Assembly (NCBI RefSeq): GCF_006345805.1 | Contig: NC_043000.1 | Coordinates: 34,782,001-34,846,000, forward strand | DNA from: Octopus sinensis | Lineage: Eukaryota | Length of the DNA: 64,000 bases | Direction of reading: 5' to 3' | Shown: piece after piece, positions 51,520-64,000 of the stretch | Layout: every line of letters starts with the position of its first letter | Position numbering within the stretch: the stretch's first letter is position 1 | Position numbers and translations under genes: made by a program | Notes under the pieces: generated by a model | Database searches by the model: none | What the model was told of the DNA's origin: nothing | The model's input: the letters and a program-made list of their open reading frames with translations, nothing else

Positions 51520-52910
51520 CATTGAATGCAGCTGCACCATCAAGGGTAGTTGCTGAGATACTGAAAGTGTCTGGCAAAATAGGTCAAAGATTTGTCACTC
51601 ATGTAGTGCTTGGAAAGAGTCCTTCTTAATGACTGGCATAGCAGTGTATCTACTGCTACAAGGATAAAGAAGATATTCTAGAAAATAGTGACAACAGAAG
51701 ATGGACCGAGATATAATTGCACTAAAAACAGTTACAGCACAATTAATTTAGAAGAAAATTAGGGGAGATGAGATGCAGATTTGTATTGAGTCAGAGTTTC
51801 TCTGATACTCTCTTCATATATGAGGCAACATCTTAGCAAAGACTATACCACTGTATCTAGCATTTGTTGACCTGGGTACTACACTCTGCAGTCTGGTAGT
51901 TGCTAAGAGACCTGGATGTACATGAATAACTTGTGAAAAGTATGCAAGCCACAGAGATGTTGACAGCAAGGTGAGAGTTAGCACTATGTGCAGGTAGTTG
52001 TCCATCAGAGCTTTGTCTGCCGTTTCCTGTTTAGTATAATTCTCTAGGCCAAAGCAAATAAATTTAGGACTGGCTATTTATGGGAATGTCTATATGCCAA
52101 TATCATAGTTCCCATAGCTGGATTTATCAAAAATTTAGAGAAGAAAATCCAAATGTTAAAATGTTGAATGCAAATGGCAGACAAAAAGCCTTAGTGGGAA
52201 ATAAGTCAAGACTCTGGTGATATGAATGACCATACTTGATATGTAGGAAAGGAATCTTGTGGAATTCCATATTGTATAACCAGTGTAAACTGTGGCTACA
52301 CAAGAGCTGCAGTGGTATACACAAATAGGCCAGCAGAGAAGAAGGATTTTGTATGCGAGAAGTATGTACAAGATTAATAGTAAATGTTCCTGAAAAGTAA
52401 ATTCCTTCAAACATTTGGAGGGCTCAGAAAACAAAGTTAATAGCTTCTCTTGTGTATGATAATCAGCAGTGAAGGTGGGTATATAGTAGTTGAAATTAAT
52501 ATGGGAGATGGAAAAGTTCTGGGGCTATGAAAGGTAGATTGTATGGTGTTGTGAATGTAGTGCAATACAGAATGGCAGTAAAACATGTACTTTGATTGGG
52601 GAGGATGTTTGAAGGCAAAAGAAAGAATGAAATGAGCAGGCTTCACTGGATGTTTAATATTAGTGGAGCATAAATTAACTGAGAAGAGAACTTGTTATAA
52701 AAATCAGTTGTAATCTGCAGAAGAAAAGACTGTACAGCTATGGAAATGGAAGATGGCAACTGGGTAAATAAGTGCCTAGTGATCCAAGAGGAATGAAGCA
52801 AATGAGAAGTGGTGAAAGGTGATCTCAGTAAGTTAGACTTCAGCAAGGGAACCACAAAGTACCAATAATGTGAGATGAGATGCTATGCTGAAGATTCATA
52901 CTAAGCATGG
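51520..52910 (+). mobile_element. Very decayed RTE LINE
   Basis: Colinear nucleotide similarity to the 38-39 kb and 45-46 kb copies (gactggcatagcag, ggaattccatattgt, gaaagtagattgtat). Confidence 0.6.
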
Positions 52911-55900
52911 AAAAGACAAATGCAAATTTATAAAAAGTATTTAGTAACTAACCCATAACAATTTTAGCATTAACACCAAATGGCACCAAAGAGAAAAAAT
53001 TTGATATAAAAAATATAAAAAATCTCATAAAAGTTTTACTCCAGTATCTAAAGGTTTGATTCCTTACTTCATAACTTCGTCTTATGGCCGAGGAAAATGG
53101 AGTGAATGAAGGGAAGAAATTTTGGACTATTTATCCAAAGAGATTGTTTTCAAACTTTTTTGTACTTGGAAACAATTTACTATTAATATCATGCTGAATA
53201 CCACGTCTCAGCTGTGTCAGCTATGAAATCTATCCTCTTATGATGTTGATCTCAGCTGAGTTTACAGAACTAAAAGATACTAATATCAATTTTAATGTCC
53301 ATTTTCCCATACTTGCATGGGTTAGAATGCATTTGTTGAGGTAGGTTTTCTACTGCCAGGTACCCTTCTTGTTGCAAACCCTCACCCATTTCCAAGCAAG
53401 GTAAACATACATATACACAACAGGCTTTTTTAAATTTCCATCTACCAAATCAACATACTTCATGCCTGGGGCTATAGTAGAAGACACTTGCCCAAGGTGC
53501 TATACAATGAGACTGAACCCAAGACTACATGGTTGGGAAGCAAGCTTCTTAATCACGCAGCCAAGACTGTGCCTTTCAGTTTATCAAAGACAAAATGTTG
53601 ACTTCCTGTTTTTGCAGGGTTAAATTTAATGTTATTTTTCTTCCCTAGTTTCTTTGTCTCAGAGACAACTATAGTGAATTATTTATTTAGATTTTCAGCA
53701 TCATCAGGTTTATTTGTTGTGATGATTGTTTTTTTTTTTCTGTTGACTGCATCAGAGGCCAAGAAATCTTCCTGTTCTCTTTATATCTCTTCATCAAATA
53801 TAGAGTAGTAAGTAAGAAGAGCACATCAGAATAAACTGTTGAACCATTTTGTTGAATAGCATTATATGCAAAAGCCATTTCTGTATCATTTAAATCTTTT
53901 CTACCTGAAGTGAGTGCTAATACTGCCAAATTTAGATTGGCCATTCAGTATTATTATTATTGACACTTCTGGCATGACAGAGGAGAATTGTTACAGTGCA
54001 GCAATGGAATTAAGGATTCCTTAGTTTTTTTTTTGTTTTTTTTTCCATCTCCATAAACTGTACATAGAAAAGAAAAATCGCCAACGTTTAGTTATAAACA
54101 ACTAGCTATTAAGCACTTGTTGTCGTTCACTTGAAGTGAAACTGTATTAAGTGTGATGTCAATCACAATTAAGTTAGCACATGTCTTGGTGATCAATTGG
54201 CTATTACTCAATCACAGTAAGTTTCTATCATAACCAACTTTCAATTTGTTTGCTATACTGATATAAAAAAGAACATTATTTACGACAGTTAAAGATGCTG
54301 AAAGAATTCAGTCCCAATCAAATGAAAGAGAAAACAAAATAACCAATTGACAGAAGAGTTTTTATTTATTTAAGAAGGAGAAAATGGCTTTATTTGATAT
54401 TCTTGGTTGAGATATTTGTTTGGTTTTAACAAAAATAACTTGAAACAAATGCATTATTTTATGCAACAACTCTATAAAGAAGCTCAACAACTTCCTTAAT
54501 GATGAGACGTAATGCCCTATAAACCACAACTTTTTTGTTTTTGTTTTTTTTTGGTACAGCGCTGAATACTTTATCACAAAATAATTCATTGTAGTGTATT
54601 TGGAATGGTCTCTTTTAACTTTCTTTGGGAGCATCTGAAAGTTTTGACGGAACACTTCTTGTTGACAAAATATTTGTCACCTTGTACAAGAGCCCCTACT
54701 TAAAGTGTTCCTATTTACATCTGGATAAGGGTCATAGTGTGGAACTAATGACTGTATAACTAACAGAGTTCTCCAGATAACACCGATTATTGATTAATTA
54801 TCTATCAAGACACCAGGCATATGTAATGATAAAAGTTGTTATGGATCAAGTGTCAAAGTGTTCTCTTTTCCATGAATCTTTTCAACTTAACTTCTCTTCA
54901 TCCCTCCAAAATATATTCAGATTTGATTTCACTCACTTCCACAATTTTGGCATTCCAAGAATGTAATATTGAACAAATCTACACTTTTCTCCTTTATTTG
55001 AACAGTGCTAGAGAACATTACACTCAACAAACTTGCATCCTGTTCCATACACTAGACATATAAATCTTCGATACCATTGAAGAATTTTCTTACAGTTGTA
55101 GACAATACACTAAAACAGTAAAGAAAGAAACACTGCTAGTAAAAGCTGGTTGAGCAACAGTTAAGATTCAACTTCATTAATGTTTGCTCTGTCTTGAGTT
55201 TTCATCTCTTTATACCAAACTAAGAGGATGAATCACCCTAAATGTCATCATTACAACCATCTCATATCTCTCTGATTTATATAAATTCAAATTATTTCTG
55301 TTGCAGCTGCCAATTAGTGCCATTCAGTACAATGACATTGAATCAGTGACTTCAAGATGATGTGTAGCTCAAGCACACCACACTTCACTGATGAGTTTTA
55401 ATGAGACCAAAACATGTCTGGATTTAGCAGCACACTGCCAGAGAGCAGACTGAAGCACATACAGTGTAGGTAATTAATGACTGTTCAAAATTACATAGGT
55501 TTTGGACTCTAAAGTAGGCCTACCCTTGAGGCTGAATAGTTTGGGGCTTACCCACCAACTGGAAAGTTATTTTGGTAAAATGAAGTAGTAATAACATATC
55601 TCCTTCAAGGAGGTATTGCGCTTTGCCTGTTGACCCATCAATGATTTTAAAGTTGACCATCTTGTGGAAAAATATCTTCGTAAAAGCTAACAATGAAAAA
55701 ACAAGTCAGTAGCAGAACTGAATGATGTGTCATGTAACATGTGAATGAAATTGTAAATCTTATCATTTAATCAGATATTAGGATTATAGTAAATAGAGGA
55801 GTGTACCTTTATATTGATTAATTTTGAAAAAAATGAAGAATTTAGTCAAATAACTTTGTTATTATAAAGCTGGTGTTTGGAACATAAATTAACAGGAAAT

Positions 55901-56454
55901 TTCTATAGAAGGTTTTCATTTAGACCACTTTAAACATGAAATGAGGAATGGTCTCAGACAAGTTGGTATCAAAAGAGCTAAACTGACTTGACTCTTTAAA
56001 GGTCTGTGTAAAGTATTATATGGAATCGTTGCTGACAAAAATATTTTGAATGAAATCTCCAAAGAAACTCCTTTGTTATTTAAAACATCCATGAACATTG
56101 ACCGAAATACTAAAGAATGTTAAAGAAGCTAAATCCTGAACATATGTAGTCTGATGAATATGGCCATTCAGTAGGTAAAGTACTGGTTTCCATAACATCT
56201 ATGGCAGCATGGAAAGTGGATTTAAAATGAAGAAAATGGTAATAATAGTGGAAGTTGCTTTTCATTATCACTGACTATGCTATCAATGGGTAGTGCTCTC
56301 TTAATTAGTTTTTGGTTTTCTTTTGTTCAAAATGAATTAAAAATTATTAGTATCACAAGTTCAGCTAACGATACAGTCTGTACTTAAAGTTATCAGTTAG
56401 TTATTATTATTGAAAAGGCTTTTAGGGGTCACAGTAAATGATTTCTACTGTCAC

Positions 56455-57510
56455 CATCATCATTATTTAACGTCCGCTTTCCATGCTGGAATGGGTTGGA
56501 CAGTTTGACAGGCAGGAGACTGCACCAGGCTTCAGTGTTTGTTTTGGCATGGTTTCTACAGCTGGATGCCCTTCCTAACACCAACCACCTCACAATGGAT
56601 TGAGTGATTTTTATGTGGCATCAACACTGGCAGGGGTCACCAAGTACCTTGCAAGTCAAAGATCCTTTGAGAGGGGAGGAGGTGATGAAAGGTTAATGTG
56701 TGAGAGAGACAAATGGGTGTCTTGCTGTAGACCGGATACGTTTGTTATCCAGTCAGAGAAAGAATGAAAGAGTGTGTGTGTGTGATCAAAAATAAGAACA
56801 GAAACAGATATGTTGCTGTAGAGTTGATGCATGGTTACTCAGAGGAAGAGAGAGAGATGGTGGTGAAGTGCCAGGTCATACAAAGAACAGGGATCAGAAT
56901 ATAGATGGGATGGTAGAGTAGAGCAAGAGAGTGATAGATGGTAGTGAAATGCCAGGGCATATTCACAAGGAACTGGAGGTCAGAATATAAATGGTAGGGT
57001 ATTGCCAAAGGTACACGAGTATTGCCAAAGGTACATATAGTGAGCAGGGGAGTGAGAGATAAGCATAAACATAATGCATGAAAAAGAGAAAATTGGAAGA
57101 AGAGATGTGTTTGGTTTGTTGGGGTTTGGTATGTGAGAAGTTTTATTGTTATATGTGGGTGGAAAACAGCTCTTCTAGAACTCAGTTTTGCTGATGTGGT
57201 TGAGTCTTCTCAAGAACTTTGTATTGCCAGACATCTTGGTCCATTCTCATCTCTCCCATGAGGCCCAACACTTCATCCCATGTCTTCCTGGATCTCTCTC
57301 TTCTACAGGTGCCATCCACTTTCAGTGATCAGCACTTCTTTATACAGCTGTCTTCATTCATCCATACGCATCACATATCCAAACCAACATAGTCTTCTCT
57401 TTTGCATGCTGTATCCGATTCCTCTTCTGCCCAAAGTTTTCTCTCAACACATTTGTACATTGTTGTACATGCTCACTGATGTTGCACATCCACTGGAGCA
57501 TACTGTATTA
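56455..57510 (-). mobile_element. RTE LINE 3' fragment (ORF C-terminus, UTR, family A tail)
   Basis: Reverse complement of the 45.8-46.7 kb architecture. Confidence 0.75.
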
Positions 57511-60500
57511 TGAACAAATAACTGTTGTCTCTTGACTTGTACCTAATCAACTTATTTCAGGAAAATATCTGTTACCCCTTGTCATATTTCTTATAGTATT
57601 TAAAATAATACTTTTAGTCTGTGTAAAAAGTACCTTCAGGGAATTTGGAAATATCAATTTCAATATTCATATTACAACTTTAGTCATTTGATTCTGCCTT
57701 TGTCTCCAGTTCTTAGCCCATCCAATAACCAAATTTTTAGGTAACTCTATTAAAGCAGTGCTTGTATTTACACTCATCTATCAGTGGTGGTTTATAGAGA
57801 AGACAAAATTTTAAAATATTTGTAAAATATTACCGCTTCTTATTGCAAAAATACATATTTAAAAACCTGCTTTATCTGTGAATGCAGAGTCTATAATATC
57901 ATCCATCCTACATGAAATCTAGTAACATAATAACCAAATATTGCTTTTTAACATAATTTTTACATAACGAACAATATAAAAATAAAGAAAAACATATAAA
58001 AATAATTGGAATGATTATAGAGGCTAATAAATCAACATTTTTGGTGTTTTATGCATTAATTAGGCATAACAATACTTTCTATATAAAGTTAGACTTGGTC
58101 ATTTTATTTTCAAGTAATTTTTAACAAATTGTGGAAATTTTAATAAATGTTTTCCATTTTATAGTGTTTAATTTAACAGTCTGTTGACTTTATAGAATAG
58201 TGTTTCACTGAGTGCACAGCACTGATAACTGTATATGTTTTCTTTTATGTACAAATGATGACCTATATTTCATGCATGCCAGCATAAACTGCATTTATTA
58301 ACAGGCAATATATGTTCTGCATAAGACTGAGAACTGCTAATTTGAAAAAAAAAAAAATCTTTTGTCTGAAGAAGAAGAGCAGTGAGTAGTAATGGTGTTG
58401 GTATGATTTGAAATGTAAATTATTCATCAAGGAGAAAACACGGGCAGGATGAAAGGTCCTTAGAAATTTATTTTCTTTTAAAGGAATGATTGGGCAATGT
58501 GTATGAAGTTTAGGACTTGATAAAAAGATATGTGCAGCTAATGTGTATGTTAATGGCAGACATATATATATGTGCAGCTAAAGTGTGTTAGTGGATGTGA
58601 CATAAGGTTGAAATATTTTCATCATCATTGTTTTCCATGCTGGCGTTGGTTGGACAGTTTGACAGGAACTGAGTGTAAGTCAGAAGAATGTTCTCTGATA
58701 TCTGGTGTGGTTTCTATGGCAACCACTTTACACAGTATGCTGTCTGTATTTTATGTGGCACCAGCACTATTGAGGTCACCAAGTAAATTACAAGGCAAAA
58801 GAACCCCTCAACTGAGGGGTGAGAGGTATTGAGGGAGGTGCTTGATGCCAGGAAATGAGAGGTTAAAGTATGATAGAGGGACAAGAACAGGTGTGTTGCA
58901 GTCGGATATGATACCAAGAAGTACCTCTGCTCTTATGTGTTGGTTGATTTAATGCAAAGATGAGTTAAAAGTGCTGTCGAGGTGTGTGGGTAAAGGAATG
59001 TGACATAATGGAAAGGTTTCTTTTTTTGTGCAAAGGTTTGTCTTTTTCATTTCATAACCCTTCATTCCTCTCATTGCTATTGTTATGGCCATGATCTTGT
59101 CATTTCTTTTTCTGTTTTTAGAAGATAAGTATTTTTCTAGCCAAGTTCAGATTTTGGGTAGGGTAAGGTTTAGAGGTCCAGTCATAAAATCACTGGAATT
59201 TTTGTAGTCATAAGAAATTAGAACAAGTCAATAAGCAACAGAAAGGAGGGAAGTGAGGCTAATTGTGGGAAAGACAGTTAATAAAGAGCAGAAAGGAGAG
59301 AGAGACTATTAATACATTTTTCATCTTTGATCATGTTAATGGACAGAAAGAAGGAAAAAAAAAAACGAAAAAGAAAGAAGTGACAGGAGTATGTGACACT
59401 TCATACTTTTCATTGCTGTAGTAAATGTGTTGCAAGAACTTAAGGGCACATTGTGACCCTTTAACAAAAGTATGTTCCTATCCCTGTATGTTGACACTAT
59501 TGATTTTTTTTTACTTGGCACAAGGCCAGTTCAGGCTTTTGTTAACATTTCATTTATCCTGGAGGGAGAAATCCATAATTGACCATTGCATGACTCAAGT
59601 TTGAGAGCAGTTAGAAGTATTAGGTTTAGTTTATCCCATTGATCCCTTTATGACAGTATTTGTTGGCATATATACCTGATTTTCTTTTGGGCACAATAAG
59701 GATGATTTTCTTTTTCTTAATAGCATTCTTTGAGAAGACAGCATTCCATTGTTTGCATTATTCTTATTACCTTTGTATTCAGACCATTCATTGTGTCTTC
59801 CTAATTTTTTGTAATTCATTTTCCCACCAAATTCTCAAGTTCTAACGTTTCAAATTTATTTGAAAATTCAAATATTTGCGCATTAATTGTTTTTCTCTAT
59901 GCCTTGCTATTTTTTAAAGTTGGAAATACAAGCTGTTTTATTGTACTATACCACTTTCTAGGAGACATTTAACACATGCATATGAAAAAAAAATGATAAA
60001 TGTTTTCCTGTTTTGAATATTCTGGATCCATTTTTGTTTCTTTAGAATGTCTTTTGCAAAGCTGGTCCATCTTAATTTCTAGTAGCTAGGTGTTTAAATC
60101 TATTTAAATCATTTATTTGTTAGCCACTGGCTCTCCAAACCTCAGCCAAACTGTCCAACCCATGCCATCATGGAAAATAGATGTTAAACGATGATGATGA
60201 TGATTCGTTTCTTCGAAATAGAATACTGAATATCGTGAATATTTCTAGATAACATTCATCATGCTATGATTTATAAAATTGTATGTCTAGTTGTATCAAT
60301 TTAAGAAAATATATAGCAATGAAAGATTCTATATGCATTGTCTTGATCTAAAATCTCTTTGATGAAGAGACCAGCATTTCTTCATTTTTGTCGTTAAACA
60401 TTAATCTTAGATATTTTGTAGAATTCACAATGCTCAATTTTACTTCAGTTAAAATGGATTAGATATAGATGCTGAATCACATCCCTTGTTTATTTGCTAT

Positions 60501-60759
60501 ATCAGCAAGTATTCAAATAACAATTCATAATGCTTGTTTGCCAAATTACAAGAAAAAAAAAGATAAAAAGTGTTCAAACTAATGAAAGAATTTTAAGTTG
60601 GTTAACACCTATTATTGTTTTTGTTTTTTTTATAAATATGATAAGCAAAGTTCTTTGTTTCTAACAAGCAGACTATCAATGTGAATTTATATTCAAAGTG
60701 CCTTATTATGATGATTATTATTATTATTATTATTATTAACAAAATCAAACACATACACA

Positions 60760-60811
<52 letters not shown>

Positions 60812-60820
<9 letters not shown>

Positions 60821-61307
60821 GTTAATTCGTGGGTCGGCTATGCTTTTTAGGTGTAAGAAACCATATTCTCAATGTGCCGGGTGTTAAAAACACCTGAAAG
60901 TAAGTCATAGGCAAGTGAGACAACTCACATCAGGTCCTTCCTTGGTGTGACAAACACTGATGTTTTGTCATTGTAGCAACTTTTCTATGCTACATACCAA
61001 ACGAGGCCTGCTGCAAGCTATTTTCACTGTGTATGTCTATATACTAAATGGCTTGCAAAGTATCTGCTGGCATGTCCTAACATTTCGTGCTATGGAAAAA
61101 ATTCAAATAAGGCCTTGTTCATTATGCAGCATTGAGAAGTCACAACACTGACAAAACATCAATGTCTGTTGCTCTAAGAAAGGACTTGATGTGAGTTCTC
61201 TCACTTGCTTATGACTTGCTTTCAGGTGGTTTTTAACACCGGGCACATTGAGAATATATTCTCCTACACCTAAAAACGTAGCTGACCCTTGAACCAACAA
61301 CACACAC
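60812..61307. repeat. Long inverted repeat (about 195-bp arms, about 100-bp spacer)
   Basis: 60812-61009 aligns with the reverse complement of 61110-61307 (e.g. atattctcaatgtgcc.ggtgttaaaaa, gcaagtgaga.aactcacatca). Confidence 0.85.
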
Positions 61308-61369
61308 TCCTTGTGTATGTGTGTTTGCATTTTGTTTATATACCTCAAGCTGCTGTGAATTCATATCTG

Positions 61370-62000
61370 ACAGGGCTACCAAGTACTTGCAACACAAAAA
61401 AGAAAAAAGCTCTTTAGAGTGGAGGGGACATTGGAGGAGGTGATCTTGTGTCAGATGATGGAAGGTTATAGTGAGACAGAAACAGGTGTCTTGCTGCAGT
61501 GGAGGTACAAGATTACCCAGCTGGAGAGAGAGTTCGAGAGATAACGAATGCAGATAGAAACAGGTGCGCTGCCACAAAGGAAATACATGGTTAGCCAACC
61601 TGAGGGAAGTGCAGGGGAAAGAAAGAGTGGGAGACAGCAGGATAGAGATGGTGGCAAAGTGTTGGGCATACACAACGATACAGCAAGACAGAGCGTGGGT
61701 GGTACACACAGGACGGAAGCTAGCAGAGAGCAATGATACAGTGGCAAAGGGCCAAGAGGACAAGATTGGGGAGTGGAAGGTAAGCCTGGTGCATGAAGTG
61801 GAAATGTGAGGAAGAGAAGAGATGTAGAGATGTAGTTTGGTTTGTTGTGGTAGAGTGTGTGAGAAGTTTTCTTGTTAAGTGTGGGTGGGACACACAGCAC
61901 TTCTAGAACTCAGTTTCACTTACATGGACAGGGTCTTTTCAAGAACTTCATATTGCCAGACATCTCGGTCCGTTGTCATTTCTTCTGTGAGGCCCAAGGA
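61370..62000 (-). mobile_element. RTE LINE 3' UTR fragment
   Basis: Similar to 56640-57260 (ttctagaactcagttt...attgccagacatct). Confidence 0.65.
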
Positions 62001-62079
62001 TTGATAAAATAAGCAGCAGTCAAGCATTGCTAGCCTTGTACCAAAAATTCAAACCATTATTATTATCATTCTTCTGGCA

Positions 62080-62280
62080 GAATTGTTAGCATGCCAGACT
62101 AAGTGATTGGCAGCATTTCATTTGTCTTTACACTCTGAGTTCAAATTCCACCAACCTTGACTTTCCCTTTCTTCCTTTTGGGGTCAATAAAGTAAGAACC
62201 AGTTAAGCACTGAGGTCAATGTAACCGACTAGCACCATTCCCCCAAAATTTTAAGCCTATTGTGCCTGTTGTAAGAAAGG
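62080..62280 (+). mobile_element. Family D (Nin-like) SINE
   Basis: ggcagaattgttagcatgcc...gagttcaaattcc...aagtaagaaccag. Confidence 0.7.
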
Positions 62281-62829
62281 ACTATTGTTACCACCACCAC
62301 CACCACCACCACCACCACTACTACTACTACAGCAAAAAGATGGCAAAAATTATTATGGTGGAAATAAATAAGGCAAATTTTCCTCCAGTAATAATGTTTA
62401 CAACAAAAGAACCTGCCGTGAAAAGTTAACAGCTACTTTTTTATTTAGGAAAAAAAAAGAGGAAAATTTAACAACTGGTTCACACAAACCTGCTCCAGTT
62501 CAGTCCTGCTTGTACAACAACCGCCATACAATGATAATGGTGCATTACCTGAATGGAAATTACTTTGTTGTGTGGGAGAGATGGGGTTCACTGGTAGGAA
62601 TAATCATGATAATAAAGAATGAATACAAGTTAATATAGCCTTAAGATTTGAGGTGTAATGATTGCAGAAGATACAGTACAGTGAAAACTACCTGATGCAT
62701 TGCTTCTGTTATACTAAATGAACTTTTTGGTACTAATGCAAGTGTCTTATTTTAACAGACTTATGAGTTGGTTGGAGGAAAAAGTTCTTTGTATTTTATG
62801 CTCCTCCTACATTGCCTTCTCAATTCTTT

Positions 62830-63043
62830 TGTTTTTTTATTCTTTTATTTGTTTAAGTCATTTGGCTGTGGCCATGCTGGGGAGCCACCTTTTAGTCAAA
62901 CAAATCGACCCCAGGACCTATTCTTTGTAAGCTTAGTACTTTATCGGTCTCTTTTGCCGAACCACTAAGTTACCCGGATGTAAACACACCAACATCGGTT
63001 GTTAAGCGATGCTGGGTGGGGTGGGGGCAAACACAGACACACA

Positions 63044-63081
<38 letters not shown>

Positions 63082-63240
63082 GCTTCTTTCAGTTTCCGTC
63101 TACCAAATTCACTCACAATGCTTTGGTTGGCCCAAGGCTATAGTAGGAGACACATGCCCAAGGTGCCATACATTGGGACTGAACCCAAAACCATGTGGTT
63201 GGTAAGCAAGCTACTTACCACACAGACACTTCTGCGCCTA
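62830..63240 (-). mobile_element. Family B/C SINE
   Basis: Reverse complement of head and 3' module with internal (TA)n. Confidence 0.82.
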
Positions 63241-63559
63241 CATATTGAATACATATTGGTTATATGTATTTGATTATTTAAACTGACAAAAATATTTTTA
63301 CCTGTTTTGTGTTCAAACCAGCCTGATTGGGTCTTTCACACCTGCCTTACAATGTCATTCTAAAAATATACAACCACATCACTAAAATCTCAAAGGTACA
63401 AGATAATGCCTAATTAATTCAAAGCAATGTCAGTAAATAAGAATTATAATATAATTTAATTTGAATGCTAAAGGATTAAATATGTCAATTAATATTGAAT
63501 ACTTGGCAATATGATTTTATGATATCAATAATAAAGTACAAATGCCAACGTCAGTTTCT

Positions 63560-63905
63560 GCCCTTCTTAAAACACAAGAGGAGTACATTATTTACATTTG
63601 ATGGATATTTGTCCTCATCTTGTTTGTTGTTAACACAACGTTTCGGCTGATATACCCTCCAGCCTTCATCAGGTGTCTTGGGGAAATTTCGAACCTGGGT
63701 TCTCATTCCTAAGGTATTTTTCAAAGTTGTTGTTGATGTCATCGACCTTCTCCTCCTCCTCCTCCTCCTTCTTCTTCTTCTTCTTCTCCTTCTTCTTCTT
63801 CTTCTTCTTCTCTTCTTCTTTTTCTTCTTCTTGTCACTGCCTGGAATCGAACTCGGAATCTTGGTGTTAGTAGCCCATGCTCTTAACCACTATGTCATAT
63901 GCCCG
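63560..63905 (-). mobile_element. tRNA-headed SINE with Penelope-like 3' end (family F)
   Basis: A-box-like tgacatagtgg and B-box gagttcgattcc in the head, then an internal trinucleotide microsatellite and a 3' hammerhead motif. Confidence 0.82.
63632..63677 (-). ncRNA. Minimal type I hammerhead ribozyme motif (Penelope-type)
   Basis: GACAC-CUGAUGA-A-GGCUG(GAGGGUAUAU)CAGCC-GAAA-CG-U-U-GUGUU: core motifs, 5-bp stem II, stem I GACAC/GUGUU and palindromic ACGU stem III. Confidence 0.65.
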
Positions 63906-64000
63906 TGTCCATGGGTAGTTAGGACCCATGTACACAGTCACCCTCCACTTGACCCCATATTGCTTTACTTAAGCCTCCCCAAAGCCACTCTCACCCTTTA

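Noticed and set aside
63833-63905. tRNA-like sequence (also the heads of families B/C and D)
   Set aside because: A/B boxes are present but there is no complete cloverleaf or acceptor stem, and each continues into a SINE body.

Overview
AT-rich eukaryotic (animal) genomic DNA, mostly intronic, dense in (TA)n/(CA)n microsatellites and retroposons. The SINE repertoire looks like that of Octopus (recognised from memory, not database-checked). The one confidently identified gene is SAMTOR/BMT2 (C7orf60): its first coding exon lies on the minus strand at 6790-6913, and I found no further exon in this window. It sits head-to-head with a probable plus-strand gene across a compact ETS-type bidirectional promoter (about 7040-7110) inside a CpG-retaining domain. 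That second gene is inferred only from splice signals and a few short candidate exons (7334-7364, 28328-28421, 42729-42812, 48108-48122) and could not be named. The rest is transposon debris: two CR1-group LINE fragments, several decayed RTE LINEs and SINEs sharing their 3' tail, a Penelope-like remnant with an internal inversion, a DD37D (maT) mariner remnant, a Helitron-like insert, fold-back elements and at least five SINE families. Almost all ORFs in the supplied track are microsatellite or TE artefacts. The most interesting leads are a tRNA-headed SINE carrying a minimal hammerhead ribozyme motif (63632-63677), two overlapping uORFs upstream of the SAM-sensor start codon, the twin-priming-like Penelope inversion, and several long hairpins. 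No CRISPR, rRNA or true tRNA genes were seen.
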